A DNA stretch of 64,000 bases from Aquificaceae bacterium (GCA_037925075.1 JAXSNR010000001.1:384001-448000), one strand, 5' to 3'. Positions 29,586 to 39,017 are shown, numbered from the stretch's first letter. Program-made: numbers and translations. The notes: generated by a model not told the origin, from the sequence alone.

Positions 29586-30127
29586 GAAAAGACCTCTTCC
29601 AAGTTTATGCAAAAGCCCTCAAGTAGCTTTGAGCAAACTTTGCCCTTCTCAAAGGCGTAAGAAAAGACCTCGTACTCACCTTCTTTTAAAACAAGCACTT
29701 CCACCACCTTTTCCTCTGGAAACACAAGCCAGTACTCTTTTATGCCATGCTTGGCGTAGAGTTTTCTCTTGTCTTCTGTGTCTTTTTTGAAGGTAGAAGG
29801 TGAAACCACTTCCACCACAAGGTCCGGAGAACCAAAGATGCCCCTTTCCTTGAGTATGGAGTAGTTTTCTTCAAAAACCACCACAAGGTCAGGCTGAAAA
29901 ACCACATCCTCATATAAAACCACATCAACCGGTGAAAAATACACCTTGCCAATACCCTTGCCCATAACATGCTGAACAAACATTAGGCTTAGATTTCTCA
30001 AAACTTCCTGATGTTTCAAGCTTGGTGCTGGCATTTCAAGAAGCTCCCCGTTGATTATTTCGTACCTTTTTTCATCCTCAAGCTGTAGATAGTCTTCATA
30101 AGTCCAAGGCTTTTCCTTTACTACCAT
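29582..30127 (-). CDS. Uma2/DUF820 family endonuclease (copy 1)
   Basis: Same motifs; starts 3 nt after the ferredoxin-subunit stop. Confidence 0.9.
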   Translation of the reverse strand: MVVKEKPWTYEDYLQLEDEKRYEIINGELLEMPAPSLKHQEVLRNLSLMFVQHVMGKGIGKVYFSPVDVVLYEDVVFQPDLVVVFEENYSILKERGIFGSPDLVVEVVSPSTFKKDTEDKRKLYAKHGIKEYWLVFPEEKVVEVLVLKEGEYEVFSYAFEKGKVCSKLLEGFCINLEEVFS

Positions 30128-30130
30128 ACC

Positions 30131-30361
30131 TTACTTCTCCACATGTACCTCCGGCATGACCATGTGGATTGCATTTCTCTTTAGAAGATTTACGCAAACA
30201 TAAACACATAGAGCACAGCCCTTACACCGCTCCTGAACTACAAAGGCGTGATGCTCCTCATCCGTGTACATTAGGGTGTTAGGCTCGGGGCAGAATAGGG
30301 TACACTGCTTGCAGTTGTACTTGCTACATTCTTCGTTGATTACCTCCGCCACATAGTACAT
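30131..30361 (-). CDS. porE: [4Fe-4S] ferredoxin-like epsilon subunit of the oxidoreductase
   Basis: CSKYNCKQCTLFCP and CKGCALCVYVC; first gene of the E-D-A-B-G cluster. Confidence 0.82.
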   Translation of the reverse strand: MYYVAEVINEECSKYNCKQCTLFCPEPNTLMYTDEEHHAFVVQERCKGCALCVYVCVNLLKRNAIHMVMPEVHVEK

Positions 30362-30409
30362 GCCTTGCCTCCTGAAAAGTTAATATCAGGTGTTTATAAG
30401 TTATAACCC

Positions 30410-31558
30410 TTGAAGCTTTTGTCAATAGAATTATATTTGTTAAGTCGGATACTTATGAGTGCATACATTCTTTTTATGCTTTTGCTTCTTCATATATCCT
30501 TTGCAGGGGAGGACTGTTCTAAGGAGGAGCTTCTCAGGAGGATGGCCACTCTTATGGAAAGGCATTATCTTTGGTGGGATAAGATAAAGGATACACATTG
30601 GAAGGATGAGCAGGAACTTATAGATAAGCTAAGAAGGATTGGCGACCGCTGGACCTCTATAACAAGGCGAGAGGAAGACAGGCTATGGTATTCAAGCTCA
30701 AAGATGGTGGGTCTGGGGGTGCGATGGGATGACAAGGGTTATGTGGTAAAGGTTTTTCCCGGGTCGCCCGCGGAGAAATATGGTGTCAGGGAGGGAGACC
30801 TGATACTGGCTATAAATGGTGTATATGACAAAAACCAGTGGAGGAAGGCCATAAGGGAAGTAGAAAAAGGGGGAATTATAAGCCTTGAGATAATAAGAGA
30901 TGGGCTATTTACAGAGATAAGGGTGGTAAAGGGTGAATTCTCCGTGCCTGTGATAGAAGAAGTGATGTTAAAGGAGCATGAGGGCAAAAAGACAGCATAC
31001 ATAAAGCTTGCAAACTTTACACAGCCAGCGGTAGAGCAGTTCAGGGAGGCTATGGAAAAATTCAGTGGTGCAGACATACTTATCCTTGACTTAAGGGATA
31101 ACGGTGGCGGATTGATATCCGTAGCCAAAAGCATATTGGATATGCTAATAGGAGGGGAGGGTGTTATGTTCTACCTTGAAGGCAGGGAGGGAAACTTGGG
31201 GGTCTATCAGTTTGCAAGCAAAAGGGGTTTTGACAAACCTATTGTTGTGCTTGTTAATAAAAATACCGCTTCTGCGGCGGAGCTCGTTGCCAGTTTGCTT
31301 AAAAGGTATGCGGGGGCGGTCATAGTGGGAGATAACACTGTGGGTAAGTATGTGGGTAGCAACATGTACCCCCTTGACTCCTGCGGTAGTATGCTAAGGC
31401 TTATCACCTTTGAGATGAGGCTTCCAACTGGTGAGAGGATAACCACCGAAAAGGGTTTAAGTCCAGACTGTAAGTTAGAGGGTAAAAACCCTATAGAACG
31501 TTCCCTTGAATGCCTTTCTGGTCGTTTTCTTGGAGTATCTCCCACAGGACAGCCATAA
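30410..31558 (+). CDS. S41-family C-terminal processing peptidase with PDZ domain (true start may be 30455 or 30476)
   Basis: GLGV..GSPAEKYGVREGD PDZ; DLRDNGGG, TASAAE, G.NTVGK. Confidence 0.88.
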   Translation: MKLLSIELYLLSRILMSAYILFMLLLLHISFAGEDCSKEELLRRMATLMERHYLWWDKIKDTHWKDEQELIDKLRRIGDRWTSITRREEDRLWYSSSKMVGLGVRWDDKGYVVKVFPGSPAEKYGVREGDLILAINGVYDKNQWRKAIREVEKGGIISLEIIRDGLFTEIRVVKGEFSVPVIEEVMLKEHEGKKTAYIKLANFTQPAVEQFREAMEKFSGADILILDLRDNGGGLISVAKSILDMLIGGEGVMFYLEGREGNLGVYQFASKRGFDKPIVVLVNKNTASAAELVASLLKRYAGAVIVGDNTVGKYVGSNMYPLDSCGSMLRLITFEMRLPTGERITTEKGLSPDCKLEGKNPIERSLECLSGRFLGVSPTGQP

Positions 31559-32033
31559 GTTCATCTTTGGTTCTGTTTGTGTTTATGGGTATGGTATAGT
31601 TGGGTGGGACAAACCTCTCCTTTTGCCTAAGGTAAACCTCCACACCCGCATCTGAAACATCCTGCCTTTCTCTTAATCTTCTTATTACCTCCTTTTCTTC
31701 CGCGTAAGCTAACAAAAATATAGCATTCGGGAAACTGTCTTTCACCTTTTGTCTTTGCCACTCTTCAAGAAAGGTGGCATCCAGAACTACCTTTTTGCCC
31801 TTTTGTGCCAGCTCTTTGGCTCTCTTAACCATCTCTTCGTAAACCCTTCTTGTCCATTCCTCCGAGTATATGCCCTCACCGTAGCCCGCTTTAACCCTTT
31901 GAGAGGGCTCAATACCCGCAAGCTCCTTTCTTATAACATCACTTCTGAGCCATTCAAAACCAAACTGTTCATGAAGTATGCGTGCAAGAAAGGACTTACC
32001 TGAGCCAGAAAGTCCCATGACCACCACTATCAT
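31491..32033 (-). CDS. P-loop kinase (AAA_33 family)
   Basis: GLSGSGKS, RSDVIRKEL, VVLDATF, SDA. Confidence 0.85.
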   Translation of the reverse strand: MIVVVMGLSGSGKSFLARILHEQFGFEWLRSDVIRKELAGIEPSQRVKAGYGEGIYSEEWTRRVYEEMVKRAKELAQKGKKVVLDATFLEEWQRQKVKDSFPNAIFLLAYAEEKEVIRRLRERQDVSDAGVEVYLRQKERFVPPNYTIPINTNRTKDELMAVLWEILQENDQKGIQGNVL

Positions 32034-32527
32034 CTTATTCCAAGATGTTCCAAAAGGGCTGGGCTGTAGCCCTCTATGACCTTGTAGCTTCCAAGGATTA
32101 TGTTGTAGGGGGTTCCCTGCACGTTAAGCTTTTCAGCAACCTTTGTATGCTCATAAACAAGCGGACATTCTTTTACCTGTGGAGGTCTTCCGTCAAACCT
32201 TCCAGATAGCACCTCATCAAGAGCCTGTAGCTTGTCCTTTGAACAGGCTATGTAGTAAGCTTTGGCATGACTTTCTGGAAAGCTCCTAAAGGGAAGAAGA
32301 AAAATGTAAAGCTTGACCTTTTTCAGATGAGGTCTTAGGGCTTGCCACTCCTTCCGACAGTGTCCGCAATCGGGGTTGATAAAGGTTATAAGCTCCCTTT
32401 TCCCTTTGCCTACCACGATAGCTTTACTGAGTGGTATTTCCTTAACCTGAGATTTTACAAACTCCGTGTATAGGTCTTGAGAAAAGCCAAGACTAAGAAC
32501 AAAAAGAAGCACAAAAAACAGCCTCAT
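32030..32527 (-). CDS. DsbC/DsbG-like thiol:disulfide interchange protein
   Basis: Signal peptide, NPDCGHC, VQGTP. Confidence 0.87.
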   Translation of the reverse strand: MRLFFVLLFVLSLGFSQDLYTEFVKSQVKEIPLSKAIVVGKGKRELITFINPDCGHCRKEWQALRPHLKKVKLYIFLLPFRSFPESHAKAYYIACSKDKLQALDEVLSGRFDGRPPQVKECPLVYEHTKVAEKLNVQGTPYNIILGSYKVIEGYSPALLEHLGIR

Positions 32528-32535
32528 GTTAAAGA

Positions 32536-33396
32536 TTATAAAAGCATGCTTTTTATTTTGTCCACCACCTGTTTTATTATCCAGTCGGGGGTGGATGCAC
32601 CTGCGGTAAGCCCTATTTTCTCCGCTCCTTCAAACCATTCCTTTTTAAGCTCTTCGCAGGTTTCTATGTGGTAGCTTTTTGGGTTTAGGGACTTTGCTAT
32701 CTCATAAAGCCTTCTTGTGTTCCCACTATTTTTGCCACCTACCACTATCATAACATCCACATGGGGGGCAAGCCTGTACACATCTTCCTGACGTTCAGAG
32801 GTCGCGTTGCATATGGTGTTTATCACCTTCACCTCTCTTGCCCAGAGGGCTATCTCACCGACCACCTCCTTAAAAAACTGTTCATTCTGCGTGGTCTGTG
32901 CCACTATGCCTACCTTGTCCTTTCCAAGGACTGCCTTTAGGTCTTCCTTGTTTTCTACCACCGCACCTCTTCCACCGCATTCCTTAAGGTATCCAAGGGT
33001 TCCGATCACCTCCGGATGGTTCTTTTCTCCCACCAGTACCACAAAGTATCCCTCTTGGCTCAGTTTTACCACCGCCTCATGTACCGCCTTCACAAAGGGA
33101 CAGGTCGCATCCACTATCTTTACGCCTTTTGACAAAAGCTCCCTTTCCTTCTCAGGTGGTATTCCGTGAGAACGCACTATGGCTATACTGTTTTCGTCTA
33201 ACTTGCTTTCCTCCTCCAAAAGCATCAGACCCTTATCTTCAAGCCTTTTAACTTCCTGTGGATTATGTATGAGAGGTCCCATACTGAAGACCCTCCTGCC
33301 CAGCTTTGCCTCTTTTACCGCCTCCTCCGCAAGGTTTATAGCCCTTCTTACTCCAAAACAAAAGCCCGCATGCTCCGCGACTATTATCTGTACCAT
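32536..33396 (-). CDS. ispH: 4-hydroxy-3-methylbut-2-enyl diphosphate reductase
   Basis: GFCFGVRRA, DATCPFV, HPEV, QTT, TICNAT..RQ, TAGASTP. Confidence 0.97.
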   Translation of the reverse strand: MVQIIVAEHAGFCFGVRRAINLAEEAVKEAKLGRRVFSMGPLIHNPQEVKRLEDKGLMLLEEESKLDENSIAIVRSHGIPPEKERELLSKGVKIVDATCPFVKAVHEAVVKLSQEGYFVVLVGEKNHPEVIGTLGYLKECGGRGAVVENKEDLKAVLGKDKVGIVAQTTQNEQFFKEVVGEIALWAREVKVINTICNATSERQEDVYRLAPHVDVMIVVGGKNSGNTRRLYEIAKSLNPKSYHIETCEELKKEWFEGAEKIGLTAGASTPDWIIKQVVDKIKSMLL

Positions 33397-33436
33397 GGCT
33401 TGAAATTATATGCTCCTATATCTGTTTATCTGTGAG

Positions 33437-34282
33437 CTATCTCATGCAAGTAAGGTCCCGCTCAAAAAGAAAACCTTCAAAAACCCTACAAACCGCACCC
33501 TCAAGAAATACCTCTTTTAGGTCGTCGCTAAAGTCTATCCTTAAAAGCTCACCACCTTTTGTATGAACTTCAACGGGTTTTTCCTTTATCAACCCTTTCC
33601 TATAGGCAACTATGGCGGAGGCGGTAGCACCAGTGCCACAGGCAAGGGTTTCTGACTCCACACCCCTTTCGTAGGTCCTTATGCGTATAGCCCTCTCTGA
33701 CGCAGGCTTTATAAAATTCACATTGGTGCCCTTTGGCTCAAACTCCTTATGAAACCTTATGGACCTTCCCAGCTTTACCACATCCAACTTCTCAAGCTCA
33801 TCAACCACCACAACGAAGTGAGGTACCCCAGTGTTTATAAAACTTCCCTCTATCCTTTGACCATCCACATCAAGAGAAACCTCTCTGTAGTCCTTTGGGT
33901 TTGTAAGCTGGACCTTTACCCTCTTACCACCATCAAGAACCCATGCTTTTATAACGCCTGCAAGGGTTTCAAACCTTACCTCTTCTCCCACTATACCCTT
34001 CTCATAGGCAAACCTCACCGCACAACGTGAGCCGTTGCCACACATCTCCGCCACAGAGCCATCGGAGTTAAAAAACTGCCACTTGAAATGGTTTTTTGGG
34101 TCTTCCGGTTTTTCTATTAGTATAAGTCCGTCCGCACCTATACCCGTATGTTGCTTACAAAGGGCCACCACAAGGTCCTTTATATCAATCCCGAGCTTTT
34201 TTATAATTTGATAAACTTTTCCATCCCTGTTGTCAATAACTACAAAATCGTTTCCAGACCCTTGCAATTTGGTAAATTCCAT
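33437..34282 (-). CDS. dapF: Diaminopimelate epimerase
   Basis: GSGNDF, GADG, EMCGNG, ERGV..ETLACGTGA. Confidence 0.97.
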   Translation of the reverse strand: MEFTKLQGSGNDFVVIDNRDGKVYQIIKKLGIDIKDLVVALCKQHTGIGADGLILIEKPEDPKNHFKWQFFNSDGSVAEMCGNGSRCAVRFAYEKGIVGEEVRFETLAGVIKAWVLDGGKRVKVQLTNPKDYREVSLDVDGQRIEGSFINTGVPHFVVVVDELEKLDVVKLGRSIRFHKEFEPKGTNVNFIKPASERAIRIRTYERGVESETLACGTGATASAIVAYRKGLIKEKPVEVHTKGGELLRIDFSDDLKEVFLEGAVCRVFEGFLFERDLTCMR

Positions 34283-34377
34283 GCTATATTATTATATCCC
34301 AATCCCCCCAGCAACCCCATGGCTCACCTCCTCCCTCACCCCCTGCCGGGGGTGAAAATATGCTAAGATATTAAGCC

Positions 34378-35379
34378 ATGCTTCTTTTAAAAAGTCTAAA
34401 AGGCGAAAAAATTCCACGCTTTCCCGTGTGGCTTATGCGTCAGGCGGGCAGGTACATGCCCCAGTATAGAGAGCTTAGAGAGAGGGAAAGGGATTTTCTT
34501 AGCTTTTGTAAAAATGTGGAGCTTGCAAGCAAGGCAAGCCTTTTACCCGTGGAGCTTTTGGGTGTAGATGCGGTGATAATCTTTTCAGACATACTCGTCC
34601 CCCTTGAGCCTATGGGTGTAAGGGTGGAGTTCCTTGAGGGCGAAGGTCCAAGGCTTGAGTGGGATGGAAATCTGAAAGGTCTAAGAAAAATATCCTTTTC
34701 TCAGGTGGAGTTTGTGGGAGAGATAATAAGGAAGGTAAAGGCTCAGGTGAGGGATTTGCCTGTAATAGGCTTTTGCGGTGCACCCTTTACCCTAATGGCT
34801 TACATGTTGGAGGGTGGTTCAAGCAGGGACTTTAAGAAAACAAAGCTCTTTTTATGGCTTTCAGAGGATTACAAAGGGCTTATGCCCTTGCTTGTTGAAA
34901 ACCTTGTGGAGTACCTTTTGGGTCAGGTAAAGGCTGGTGCAGACCTCTTGCAAGTATTTGATAGCTGGGCTATGCACCTTTCTTACGAGGATTTTGAAGA
35001 GTACGCCAAGCTTTATCTGAAAACCCTCTTTGAAGAAATCAAAAAACACACGGACAAGCCCATCATATACTTTTTCAGAGGCTCTGGCTCTTTTCTGAAG
35101 GCTCTTGAAAGCCTCCCTGTGGATGCCCTTTCTGTGGATTGGACGGTGGATATGGTAAGTGCCATGAGGGAAAGCTCAAAAGCCTTTCAGGGAAACCTTG
35201 ACCCTGCGGTGCTTTACTGTGATGAAGAGACACTGCAAAGGAAAGCCCTTGAGCTTCTTTTGTGCATACCAAGAAAAACTCGGTACGTTTTCAACTTAGG
35301 TCATGGGCTTATGCCCGATATGGAGCTTGAAAAGGTAAAGCTACTTGTGGAGACGGTAAAAGGCTACAAACTTTCATGA
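34378..35379 (+). CDS. hemE: Uroporphyrinogen decarboxylase
   Basis: PVWLMRQAGRY, IFSDIL, GAPFTL, QGNLDP, FNLGHG. Confidence 0.97.
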   Translation: MLLLKSLKGEKIPRFPVWLMRQAGRYMPQYRELRERERDFLSFCKNVELASKASLLPVELLGVDAVIIFSDILVPLEPMGVRVEFLEGEGPRLEWDGNLKGLRKISFSQVEFVGEIIRKVKAQVRDLPVIGFCGAPFTLMAYMLEGGSSRDFKKTKLFLWLSEDYKGLMPLLVENLVEYLLGQVKAGADLLQVFDSWAMHLSYEDFEEYAKLYLKTLFEEIKKHTDKPIIYFFRGSGSFLKALESLPVDALSVDWTVDMVSAMRESSKAFQGNLDPAVLYCDEETLQRKALELLLCIPRKTRYVFNLGHGLMPDMELEKVKLLVETVKGYKLS

Positions 35380-36497
35380 TAAGGGAAGGTAAGGTAATCT
35401 TAGACCTTGAAATTCCAGAGGTACCCTCTTCTAAGATGCAAGTTTTTTACAACCCTCACATGCGGGGGAACAGGGATTTAAGCCTTCTTGTGCTTTTGGC
35501 ATTACCTGAAGAAAGCCTTACCGTCTGCGACCCGATGGGTGCAAGCGGTGTAAGACTTTTGAGGTTTTTACTGGAGACCAACAAGGTTAAAAAAGCCATA
35601 TACAACGACATAAGCCCCTCAGCGGTGGAGTTTTTTACAAGGCTCTTAAAGGCTCACGGCGTGGAACAAGAGAGGGTTGAAATATATAAGAAAGATGCGA
35701 GCATTCTACTTAGAAAACTTAGAAACTGCCATTATGTGGATATTGACCCCTTTGGCTCACCTGTACCCTTTTTGGAAAGTGGCATATTACCCGTTGCAAG
35801 ATATGGCGTGCTTGCGGTAACCTCAACTGATACCTCTGTGCTTTCTGGAACCTATCCTGAGACCTGCCTTAGAAGGTACCACTCAAAGCCTCTTCTTTCT
35901 GCGGAGTTTTACCACGAGGTGGGACTGCGCATACTTATAAAAAAGGTCATAGAAGAGGGTGCAAAGTTGGACTTTGCCCTAAAACCCATCTTTTCCTACT
36001 CTTACAGGCATTACATGAGGGTCTTCTTTTTAAAGGACATAGGACCAAAAAGGGTAAATAGGCTTATGGAAAAGATAGGCTTTCTTCTGTATTGCAAAGA
36101 GTGCCTTTACAGGGAGGGTGTAGCTTTGGAGGAGCTAAGGCATACCTGCCCATACTGTGGAAATGAGCTTTTGGTCGCTGGCCCCTTGTGGCTTGGAGAG
36201 CTCTGGGATCAAAGGTGGGTGGAAAGCATGTGGGAGCTTAGAGGTATGGTGGATATATGGGAAAAAACCTGCAAGCTTCTAAGATACATAAGACAGGAGA
36301 CTAAGCTTCAGACTCTTGGCTTTTACACCGTACCCTCCTTGTGCAGAGCCTTTCGCATAGGACAACCGCCACCCATAGAAAAGTTTCTTGAAATCTTTAA
36401 CGGCATCAGGACCCACTTTAATCCGCAGGGTTTTAGGACAAGCCTTAGCCATCAGGAAGTGATAAAAAGAGCCCATGAGCTATTACAAAGAGCTTAA
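35376..36497 (+). CDS. trm1: tRNA (guanine-26/27 N2)-dimethyltransferase Trm1
   Basis: VFYNP.M..NRD, ASGVR, DIDPFGSP, EVGLRIL, Zn-ribbon CxxC..CxxC, GPLWLG. Confidence 0.93.
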   Translation: MIREGKVILDLEIPEVPSSKMQVFYNPHMRGNRDLSLLVLLALPEESLTVCDPMGASGVRLLRFLLETNKVKKAIYNDISPSAVEFFTRLLKAHGVEQERVEIYKKDASILLRKLRNCHYVDIDPFGSPVPFLESGILPVARYGVLAVTSTDTSVLSGTYPETCLRRYHSKPLLSAEFYHEVGLRILIKKVIEEGAKLDFALKPIFSYSYRHYMRVFFLKDIGPKRVNRLMEKIGFLLYCKECLYREGVALEELRHTCPYCGNELLVAGPLWLGELWDQRWVESMWELRGMVDIWEKTCKLLRYIRQETKLQTLGFYTVPSLCRAFRIGQPPPIEKFLEIFNGIRTHFNPQGFRTSLSHQEVIKRAHELLQRA

Positions 36498-37014
36498 GGA
36501 CCTTATCCTTGAGCTAAAGGACTGCTTTTTTCTCTCTCCAAGAGACCGTTGGTTTTTGAAGTTTCTTGAAGAAGAGGGCTACCCCCTTGAGGTGGTAAAG
36601 GAAGGTATAAAAAGGTTTTTCCTTTTCCATCCACCGGAAAGAAGGTCTAAGCTACCCTTACACATGAGCTTTGGAGAGATAAAAAGACTGAAAAAACTTC
36701 ATATAAAAAAGCCTTCGGAGGGCATAGATTGGAAAGATAAGTTTTTGAAAAAGCTGAGGCTTGCGGAGGAAATCCTCCAGAAAAAAGTGGAAATAGACGT
36801 GCCAGAAAGCATAGAAAAGGCTGAAGAAATACTCCAAGACCTTGAAGCTCAAATAGCCAAAAGATTGTGGGAAAGCCTTAGCAAGGAAGAGAAGGCAAGG
36901 CTCTTGAAGAAGTTCGCACCCTTTAAAGAAAGGCAAGACCTTTTTAAAGCCATGGTCAAAAGGGAGCTTTTTAGAGAGAAGGGTATAAGGAGTTTATCCC
37001 TCTTCTTGGATTGA
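36475..37014 (+). CDS. Hypothetical protein
   Basis: Overlaps the trm1 end; 179-aa charged helical ORF. Confidence 0.75.
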   Translation: MSYYKELKDLILELKDCFFLSPRDRWFLKFLEEEGYPLEVVKEGIKRFFLFHPPERRSKLPLHMSFGEIKRLKKLHIKKPSEGIDWKDKFLKKLRLAEEILQKKVEIDVPESIEKAEEILQDLEAQIAKRLWESLSKEEKARLLKKFAPFKERQDLFKAMVKRELFREKGIRSLSLFLD

Positions 37015-37488
37015 TGGAAGAGATTCAACCTCCTCCCTTTTCAATCTAAATCCAAAGGCTTCAAGCCCAAGCCTTTTACCTTCTTCGTCAGGTTCAAACC
37101 TACAAAGATACCAATCTTCCTTCTTACCGATTTTATAGGTACCAAACACATACTGAAAAACTCCCCTCTTCCTTTTCACCATAAGGTCTCCAAAGGCTCT
37201 GAACACAATCTCATAAGGCTTTTGTGTAAGGTCCTCTTCACTGAGCTTAAGTTTGGAAACTACGATATTTCGTATTCTATTTTCAATAAACTGCTTTTTC
37301 TTTTCAGCAAGCTTTTCAAACCACTTTTTCTTCTCCTCAGCCTCTCTTTGGTCTCTTAAACTCGTAAGAAGGGCAAGGAGTATAGCAAGTATCAAAATAG
37401 TAAAGAGCAATTTAACAATTCCCACACCTCTAAACAGCTCGGGAATAAGAAAAAAGGAAGAGCCCCTCCTTCCCCTTCTTGCCCTCAT
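36994..37488 (-). CDS. Hypothetical membrane-anchored protein
   Basis: ATGA overlap with trpE; single N-terminal TM. Confidence 0.7.
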   Translation of the reverse strand: MRARRGRRGSSFFLIPELFRGVGIVKLLFTILILAILLALLTSLRDQREAEEKKKWFEKLAEKKKQFIENRIRNIVVSKLKLSEEDLTQKPYEIVFRAFGDLMVKRKRGVFQYVFGTYKIGKKEDWYLCRFEPDEEGKRLGLEAFGFRLKREEVESLPSIQEEG

Positions 37489-38975
37489 CCCTTTTCTTCT
37501 TGGACCAATTCCGCCATGGCGACCGCCTTCATCAGAGCCTTGGCTTTGTTAATGGTTTCCCACCATTCCTTTTCTGGGTCTGAGTCTGCCACTATGCCAG
37601 CACCAGCCTGAAGAAAAACCTCATCCCCCAATACCAGAGCGGTCCTTATGGCTATTGCCATGTCCATGTTGCCATCAAAGGATATATAACCTACCGCACC
37701 CGCGTATATGCCCCTTCTTTCCTTCTCAAGCTCCTCTATTATCTGCATGGCTCTTACCTTTGGTGCACCGGATACCGTTCCCGCAGGAAACAGAGCCTTG
37801 AGTACATCCACCGCGGAAAGCCCCTCCTTTAACTCTCCCACCACATCGCTCACTATGTGCATAACATGGGAGTATTTTTCAACCCTCATAAAGCCTTCTA
37901 CCCTCACGTTTCCGGGCTTGCTTACCTTTCCCACATCGTTCCTTGCAAGGTCTACAAGCATGAGGTGTTCAGCTCTCTCTTTTTCATCGGAAAGTAGCTC
38001 CACTTCTAACCTTAGGTCCTCTTCTGGAGTATTCCCCCTTTTTCTTGTGCCCGCTATGGGCCTTGTTTCTATCCTGCTTCCTTCAAGCCTTACCAAAACC
38101 TCTGGAGAAGAGCCTATAACCTTTAGGTCTCCCAAGTCCATATAGTACATATAGGGTGATGGGTTCAGGTACCTTAGGGACCTGTATATGCTTTCTGGCT
38201 TACCGCTAAACCTTTTCCTAAACCTCTGAGAAAGTACCACTTGAATTATATCGCCCTGCTCCACATACCTCTTTGCCCTTTGAACCGCCTCTAAAAACTC
38301 CTCCTTACTGTAGTTGGAGGACCACTCCTGTATATTGGCTTCCCTTTCAGGGAAGTGTATGGGATAAATACAGCTCGTGAATATCTTGTCTTTAAGGGTC
38401 TGAATTAGCCTAAAAGCCCTTTTGTACTCTTTATCTACGCCTCTTTCCACAAAGATGGGAACCACTATCTTTATACTTCCGCTTAGGTTATCGTGGATTA
38501 CGACCGCATCGCTAAGGACAAAGAAAAGGTCAAAAACCTCTATTGGGTCTGTTTTTTTGTCTTCCACTGGCTCGTAGCACTTTATCACATCGTAGCCCAC
38601 ATAGCCCGCATATCCACCCCAAAATCTGGGAAGCGAAGGGTCATGATAGGGTTTTATTAGCTTGAGAAGCTCACCAAGTGGTTTTAGGGGGTCTACTTCT
38701 CTAAAAAGCCGAACCTTGCCACCTTTGTATATGTACCCTATCCCACCTTTCCAAGAATAATGGAAGCTGGAAGAAAGCACTATAAAAGAATACCTTCCCC
38801 ATTTTATACCCCCTTCCGCACTCTCCAAAAGCAAGCTGTACTTCCAGCCTTCTCTTAGTTTTAGATACAGGGAAAGAGGTGTTTCTGTATCCGCCATAAG
38901 CTCTGTGAAGATGGGAATAAGGTTGTAGTCTTTGGAGAGCTCTTCTACCTGTCTCTGGTTAAGGTTTAAATGCAT
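37485..38975 (-). CDS. trpE: Anthranilate synthase component I
   Basis: LLES, NPSPYM, RPIAGT, AEHLMLVDLARND, PAGTVSGAPK. Confidence 0.95.
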   Translation of the reverse strand: MHLNLNQRQVEELSKDYNLIPIFTELMADTETPLSLYLKLREGWKYSLLLESAEGGIKWGRYSFIVLSSSFHYSWKGGIGYIYKGGKVRLFREVDPLKPLGELLKLIKPYHDPSLPRFWGGYAGYVGYDVIKCYEPVEDKKTDPIEVFDLFFVLSDAVVIHDNLSGSIKIVVPIFVERGVDKEYKRAFRLIQTLKDKIFTSCIYPIHFPEREANIQEWSSNYSKEEFLEAVQRAKRYVEQGDIIQVVLSQRFRKRFSGKPESIYRSLRYLNPSPYMYYMDLGDLKVIGSSPEVLVRLEGSRIETRPIAGTRKRGNTPEEDLRLEVELLSDEKERAEHLMLVDLARNDVGKVSKPGNVRVEGFMRVEKYSHVMHIVSDVVGELKEGLSAVDVLKALFPAGTVSGAPKVRAMQIIEELEKERRGIYAGAVGYISFDGNMDMAIAIRTALVLGDEVFLQAGAGIVADSDPEKEWWETINKAKALMKAVAMAELVQEEKG

Positions 38976-39017
38976 GGTTTATATATGGTAGCATAATAGC
39001 TAAATCACGGAGAGGAG

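Larger units (their letters stand above)
28465..30120. repeat. Tandem repeat, three units with 560-bp period (Uma2 genes)
   Basis: atgtttcaag at 28891, 29451 and 30011; 29161-29375 vs 29721-29935 differ at one position. Confidence 0.95.

Noticed and set aside
28465..30120. Uma2 array as a diversity-generating retroelement or CRISPR-like array
   Set aside because: No reverse transcriptase or cas gene in the window; variation is not limited to adenines; the units are whole genes
35376..36497. Archaeal-type Trm1 and FBP aldolase/phosphatase as novel transfers
   Set aside because: Both are already known in Aquificae
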